Source of the DNA: the human T2T-CHM13v2.0 reference genome, Homo sapiens
DNA length: 64,000 nt
Reading direction: 5' to 3' (one strand)
Assembly: GCF_009914755.1 (NCBI RefSeq)
Contig: NC_060947.1
In this document: positions 57,332 through 64,000 of the stretch, in pieces
Position numbering within the stretch: position 1 is the stretch's first letter
Layout: the number at the start of each line of letters is the position of its first letter
The notes under the pieces: generated by a model
What the model saw: only the letters and a program-made list of their open reading frames with translations
What the model was told of the DNA's origin: nothing
Database searches by the model: none
Translations under genes and position numbers: made by a program

Positions 57332-60067
57332 GTTCCCAGGGTAGTCAGATAGCAGACTAGTTACCCTAATCATTGTCTCAATCAAAAAAGAACACTTTTT
57401 TTTTTAACGTACTGCTGTGCTGACTCAAAAGGAAGAATTATGCTGAAGTCAAAGTGAAACCTAGGAGATAAGTCAACACCAAAGTCAGCCTCACCCTGAG
57501 ACATTTTGTGAAATCCTGGAGATTTCAGCTTCTGCAATGATAACTGTGTGGATATGAAACGGGAATCAACAGATAAAGCCTAGCTGCCCAAGGTGTGGAA
57601 TACAAAAGAAAACCCCTCATAAAGATGAGACTCAAAGGTGTAAGGGTAAATAGGAAAGAAACATCAAATCAAATGAAAGCCAAACAATACAAAGAACAAT
57701 GTACAGAAGGAACAGCAAAAAAAATAAAAAATAAAACTTGCTGATCTCGACCTTGATACTGAATAGAATGGAAAAAAAAAATCTCCCCTAAGAATACTCA
57801 TTTATAACCACAAGCTGGTTCCTCCCAGGAATTTATAGTCCAAATTCATACTACCTGCATGGCCAGAAAATATCTTGAACAAAGAATATAATTTAAAGTG
57901 CTTCAAGGCTGGAAGTGGCTCTAGGCAACTGGCAAATCCTCTTTATAATAAGGCAACATCAACTCAGGTGCAAAGAATTCTCACAGATAAAAATAAAACT
58001 CAAGGTAAAACTATCAATCTCATCAATTCCAAAATACACATATTTTCAGGTTATACATCTCTGAAATTGAAGTGAATTTCACAATTCAAGTATTTAATAA
58101 TGTATATCAAACTGGCAGTAGTTGGAATATAGCTGTGATTCCTTATTCATGTATGAATACCAAAAAGTCCAACATCAAATTTTATAGAAAGAGAGTCAGA
58201 GACTTGGAAGAAAATCCTACAGGCAATAGTAAAACACTCTTTTAACCCTTCCAAACTGAATGGTTGTACAGGGGGAAGTATGGAATAAGAGTATTTCTGA
58301 AAATTCCCAAAGCAGAAATAAATAGATGAGTTATTCGTGAAGTACTTCTAGCTAAGTTGAATCTCAACTACTTTATAGTATTTGTTGCTTTTATGAATAA
58401 TTTCTTATTTCTAATATCAATGTTAACCTAGCTAACAAGCACAGCAACAATGACTTTTAGTTATTTTATGGATTTTTTAAAAAATTTTGACTTTACTAAC
58501 ATTCCTGATGACCAAATTATAATACTGTGTGAGAAAGCATACAGTTTTACCACTGTTACATAAAAAGTTATCGAGAAGAGTTATCCTCTTAATATAAAGA
58601 ATTTTGGAAGACCTTAACCATTTGTTCATCAGGATTTTCTTTGTATTATGCATATAATATATAATAGAAACCTGTGTCTAATTAACTCTAAATGAATATG
58701 CTTTCAATAAAAATGTAAAATAAAAATTCAGAAGAAAGTACAGGGTCACAGTTTAATTGTGCTGCATTTTTCCTAGGAAGTGGTACATAAAATAAGAATA
58801 AATCTTACAGTCAATGAGGTCTTAAACTTCCTCATGAAATGTGATGGTATTGGAGATCCTGATTCACATGATAAAGAAATAGAAAGAAATATGATGTATA
58901 TCAGTCAGGGTCCAGTCAGGAAACAGAGCCCATGCCAAAAAGTTCAAAGAGGGAGTTTAATATAAAGACAAATAGCAAAGGTATTGGAATAGCTGACAAG
59001 CCAAACAGCAGGAAGGTTTGGGAGGACGTAAGAGCAGGAAGCTTCTACCACTTCTAGGGCAGAAGGTACCAATGGAAGAGAGTGTCATGCAGCAGCAGGA
59101 TTTCTTTATAAGATACCTAAATTTATGACCTAGGAATTATGCTCCTATTTATATATCCCACCTATGTCCAAGGGATGATTAATTCCAAGGGTATTAATAC
59201 AAAGGGGTTCCTCTGAAGGGAAAAATATATATATTCAGGGAAGGTATATGTCAGGCCTATAAGGTACTGGTAATCCTATAGTATTTCTCAAGCTGAGGAG
59301 TTTGCGAGATAAACGCATGTTGGGTATAAGAATGACTGACTCATACTCCTTGCTATATAGTATTTCAGTTATAAATGTACCAGAATTTATTCATTTTTTC
59401 AACTGTTGATGGATGTATAGAGAAAAATAACCTATCCATACTTACAGGTCAAAGCATATGGAAATATATCTTTCTGTGCTTTTGAAGGTACCTACCACTG
59501 AGATCATCTGACAGGGAAAAATGCCTTAAATATAATTATCGTAGGGAGGAAATAAAAGAAGCAAATTTTGAGCTTTTCTAAAATCCACAGAAATTACAGT
59601 TTACTTTTAGTTTTGTTTATTTGTTATTGTTGTTGTTGTTTAAGAGCGACTCAGCTCACAGGCATAGCAAAATCACCTCACTACTAATTCAAAGAAATTT
59701 AAGATAAGGTGAAAGAAAATTTGCAAAACATTGAGAGTGCCATCGTTTCACCACTGAATTGACAAATGGCTTTCCAAGCCTAATGTTCATTAAGTTTTGG
59801 AAATAAATCTTCTCTAGACAAATTTTTAAACCTGTATGAGGAACTGCTCAAATCTGAGGAGGAGTACACACAGAAATGTGATAAAGAGTAAAAGTCAACA
59901 GAAAACCTAGTACATCTCCATAGAAAAAGAATGTTTCACTTATTTAAGAGTATTATTCTTTTTCTTTACAAAAACATGTTAAGGCCAGGGGAATTTACAC
60001 TGTTTTTTAAAAGTAAAATTGAGTCATTTATAAGCCTCTGATCACACTGGTATATGATTTCAACTTC

Positions 60068-60149
60068 AAACACTTCAACTAAGATGTAGAAAAAATAATG
60101 CAAATAAAGGTATGTGCATTATTTTTTCTACATCTCAGTTGAAGTGTTT
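60068..60149. repeat. Near-perfect inverted repeat: 35 bp arms, 12 nt spacer
   Basis: 60068-60102 is the reverse complement of 60115-60149 with one mismatch. Confidence 0.95.
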
Positions 60150-61454
60150 AACTTTTCTTTCTGCTACCTATATAGTGAAATATGAAGAAAGTTAAACTAG
60201 AAGTATAAAGAAACACACTTTATTGAGAAGAAAGATTAATTTTTTTGAAAAAATCATTATATCATCTTACATAATACTGGACCTTAACTTTTGTTTGGTG
60301 GAAAAGTAAGTAGTACAATTTGGTGTAAATGGCATATATGTTCTGAAGATAACACTAGAAAAGTAATTTCAAGTAAAATTGGAAATGGCTTGCTATACAA
60401 AGGATTTTAAACTTTACATAGATGAATTGTGGGAACAACTGGAATTTAGGAGCAGGGTTATAAAGTTACATGATTAAAATTGTAGTTTTAGGGGGATACA
60501 TTGGCAGCAGTGTATAGGGAATTCATGGAAGAGGTACAGAATAGAGAGAAGAATGGAAGAGGATAGAGAAAGGGTGGCCTGTTAGTTTACCTTACCTAAA
60601 GTGAGAAGTAATAAGGCCTGAAATAGGACAGCAGCAGCGGGAATAGAGACAATGAAAATATGCCAATTATATATGTAGTCTTATATCATCATTACATATA
60701 CCATGGACTAAGCAAATATCTAGTTACTATCCTACATGATATGACCTCCTCAAACATTTCCAGGCAATAAGTTATTTTGTCTAAATTCTCCCAAAGTTAA
60801 TTGAATAAATATTTCCTATAATGGCAAAAATATATGTTAACCAGCATCAAAGATAGATGAGTAATACTCTATTTGCTCCTGAGAAGTTGGTAGTCTAATG
60901 GAAGGAATGTTCTATATGCAACTGAATAATAGAAGACAGGTGGGAAAAGATGCTGTAGCATAATATTTATTATTTCTGAGGCTTATGTTTAAACTTCCAT
61001 GACATATTTTATACCTGTATGCTGTACATGCATTTCTCTGGAAGGAAACACAAATAACTGATAACAGCTATTATCGCTGAGGAAGGAATTTGGTGGCTGG
61101 TGAAGGGTTGGAGAGAGACTTGCTTTTCACCATATATTATTTCATAACATTTGAATTTTGGACCATCTGAATGTATTATTTATTTTTAAATGTTTTTAAA
61201 TATATGATTCTTTAAATTCTTTCTTGTAGAAAAGTATTAGCACTTTAAAAACATAGCACATTCTATAAATGAGAGGTAATTATTATAATTTTTATTTATT
61301 TAATCATTGAATGTTTTATTTCAATCTTTGTTATTTCCCATTCATAGTTAAATACATTTTTTTCAAGGTGAAGAAACAAAGTTGATTTACTCAAAGTTTG
61401 AAATTATGCTCAACTCTAAGGTATATTTTATAAAAAATTACCAAATTAAGGAGA

Positions 61455-61670
61455 GTAAAATTCCAAGAATCTCAGTGTCTAAGAGCTGGTCTAGTCTCCA
61501 GCACTTATAGCTTTATGTCCATGGCATAGTCCTTTACACTCTCTGAGCCATAGATTACCTATCTATAAATTGTATAAAATGGGGGAAGTAACACATGCCC
61601 TGTTTATTTTATAAGATCATGTGTGGTAATATCCATAATAATACATACAGTGTATATAAAGTGGCTAAAA
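61455..61670 (+). mobile_element. MIR SINE
   Basis: ctagtctccagcacttatagctttatgtccatggcatagtcctttacactctctgagcc...atctataaa. Confidence 0.6.
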
Positions 61671-62719
61671 ATGCACACAGTTACAGAACTCAAGTATGTG
61701 AACATGAAACTTCATTTACTTTTCTAAAACTAAACAGAATCTAGATTTCTAGTTCTACAGTTTCACTGATGGCATAAAACTTAATCTTGCTAATTCAATT
61801 GCTTTCAGATTTTTCTTAACTTCAGTTCTTCATTCTCACTCTTCCCCTTCTTCTTACATCTGGTTCAGAGTGATTAAAGAAGCTAGTGATGAAAGGAGAT
61901 GATCTAAGTTCTTGGAGAAGGTGAAGGAAGGGACATATATAAATATGATTTTAGTATCAGAGAGATATTGTACATGTGATCCAAAAACTGTCCTTTGTCT
62001 TCACTGGCCTCTGCTTAGTTATACCCCATGTCATTTGGTCTTCTTCAAAGGTGGGCTGGCAACTTTGATGTCTGCCTGCTCACCATGACACCTGATCGTT
62101 AGGTCTATCCATGTATTCTATGTCCATGTCTGATATCAGACTCCTGTCAGCAATTTAGAGCCCCCTACAACCACGCTAACATGCAGAGAAATCCTGGGCA
62201 GCTTTACCACACCAAGCAGGAATGCTTGTGACTCAGTGAGGCTGCCTATCCTGCCAAACCCCTCAGCCAATACTCTCTTCCCTATCAGCACCATGCTACA
62301 CTGATCTCTAGGACAGTTGCCAGAAAATCACGACCCAGATTTCCTGTATTCTGGGCCCAATCAAACTTACCTGTGTTTTTATCAATCCTCTTAACTTGGA
62401 GGGGGCAGGATACAAGAGTCCCATATCCTCATTGTGTATAAGAATGCAAACCCAAAACTAACTCTCATTTTCATCTTTTTATTTTATCTCAATATCAATT
62501 TCATCTTCTCTGTCAGTGGTAACCAACTCTTATGCTAAATTCCATGCTGAGTCCACAGTCTTTTAGACTTTTGACATTCAATCCCTCCCCCTTTTTTCCA
62601 CAAAAATTCCAGGCACCTGCCTTGGCCTTCAAGATTATTGTCATAAGTTAAACAAGAAAATGTAGGTATTCATTAAAACTGTACACAAATTTCATTTCTT
62701 TTAGAAATATGGTACCATT

Positions 62720-63036
62720 AAACTTAGTCACCCATTTCGATATTAGGCCTAACATGTGGCCTACTTTGGCCAATGAGATGCAAAAGGAAGTAACATGCCA
62801 CTTCTGGGCAGGAATAAGACCTGGTGTGCATTTTGCTGTGCTCCATTTCAACAGCCTTAATTATAGAAGCATGTTGAGATGGAGCTTCTATCAAACTGGA
62901 TCCCTGATTGCAATAAGCAGATCTCCCCATCAGTTCACGTTCAACATCTAGTATGAACAAGAAATAAGCTTTTTCTGGATTAAGCCACTGAAATTTGAGG
63001 GATTTTTATTACTGTAGCATAATCTAGACTATTCCA
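62720..63036 (+). mobile_element. MLT1H-like MaLR LTR
   Basis: ctttggccaatgagatg...gaagtaacatgccacttctgggcag...taagccactgaaatttgaggg...ttactgtagcataatctag. Confidence 0.7.
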
Positions 63037-63620
63037 ATTGGAAAACTTAATTTAATCTGGATTTATACCCCTACTGAGGCTATAGATACTACTGATAAAG
63101 AGCCACAGGGCAAAAAAAAATGTGTAGCAAAAAAAATCTTCAGTTGTTTGGAAATATCACTTATTTGTATGTTTAAGGTATTATGATCAGTCACATTATT
63201 TTGGCAGGTATAAACTTCACTGTATAGGAAGAAGGTGCTCATTTATAAAGGAAAGTTGAAACTTGTTCACTAGGCTGAAGACCTAGGCTGGTAGTTAGAG
63301 GTGAATAACTAAGGGGAATTTAAGCTGAGCTAGGGAGAAAGAGTAAGAGCAGAACCTTCAAAATAAAGTAACAGTAGATGGGACACAATGCTTGAGTAAT
63401 GCTAGAGGGACATTATGCTGCATTATAAATCCTCTCTGAAAAATATGAAGAAGAGTCTATGCTTCTCCCTTATTAACATAAGACATTTGAATTAATGATG
63501 GCTATTTAATTATTGTCATTCAGTCCCAAATTTATTCCTTTATACATTGTTTTGTGAAGATGGATTCTGCAATCTACATTTCCCAGATTCCCATTCCAGC
63601 TGAACACTGGCTATGGGACT

Positions 63621-64000
63621 TGTGATGGTTACTATTGAATGTCAACTTGATTGGATTGAAGGATGCAAGGTATTGTTCCTGGGTGTGTCTGTGAGGGTGT
63701 TGCCAAAGGAGATGAACATTTGAGTCAGTGGGCTGGGAGAGACAAGCCCACCTTCAATCTGGATGGGCACCATCTAATCAGCTGCCAGCACAGCTAAGAT
63801 ACAAGCAGGTAGAGGAATGTGGAACGACTAGACTGTGAGTCTTCCAGCCTTCATCTTTCTCCTGTGCTGGGTGCTTTCTGCCCTAGGACATCAGACTCCA
63901 AGTTCTTCAGCTTTTGGACTCTTGGACCTTCGACCACAGACTGAAGGCTGCACTGTCGGCTTCCCTACTTTGGAGCTTCCTTGCTCCTCAGCTTGCAGAC
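63621..64000 (+). mobile_element. MLT2A (MLT2A1/A2-like) HERVL LTR, running off the window end
   Basis: tgtgatggttactattgaatgtcaacttgattggattgaaggatgc...tgggtgtgtctgtgagggtgttgccaaaggaga. Confidence 0.9.

Overview
This is AT-rich, CpG-depleted primate (human-like) genomic DNA, apparently intronic or intergenic. I find no supportable protein-coding gene, RNA gene, CRISPR array or prokaryotic system. Almost all ORFs in the track are decayed L1 ORF1/ORF2 pieces, Alu or LTR translations, or simple-repeat artefacts. Much of the window is interspersed repeat: L1 of several ages, Alu, MaLR/ERVL LTRs, MIR, L2 and hAT MITEs. Subfamily names are recalled from consensus sequences and are approximate. 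The most interesting signals are structural. (1) A ~4 kb inversion (31.8-35.8 kb) is bracketed by two inverted L1PA8-like 3' ends; it can be reconstructed from a flipped target-site duplication (TSD) and two split host L1s. (2) A 5'-inverted (twin-primed) L1 is nested inside another 5'-inverted L1, with all TSDs readable. (3) An ~88 bp templated insertion was copied from 1.6 kb away within one L1. (4) A recursive-splice-like YAG|GTAAG site is followed by a downstream donor. (5) There is a near-perfect 35 bp hairpin in unique sequence. I see no evidence for a genuinely new biological system.
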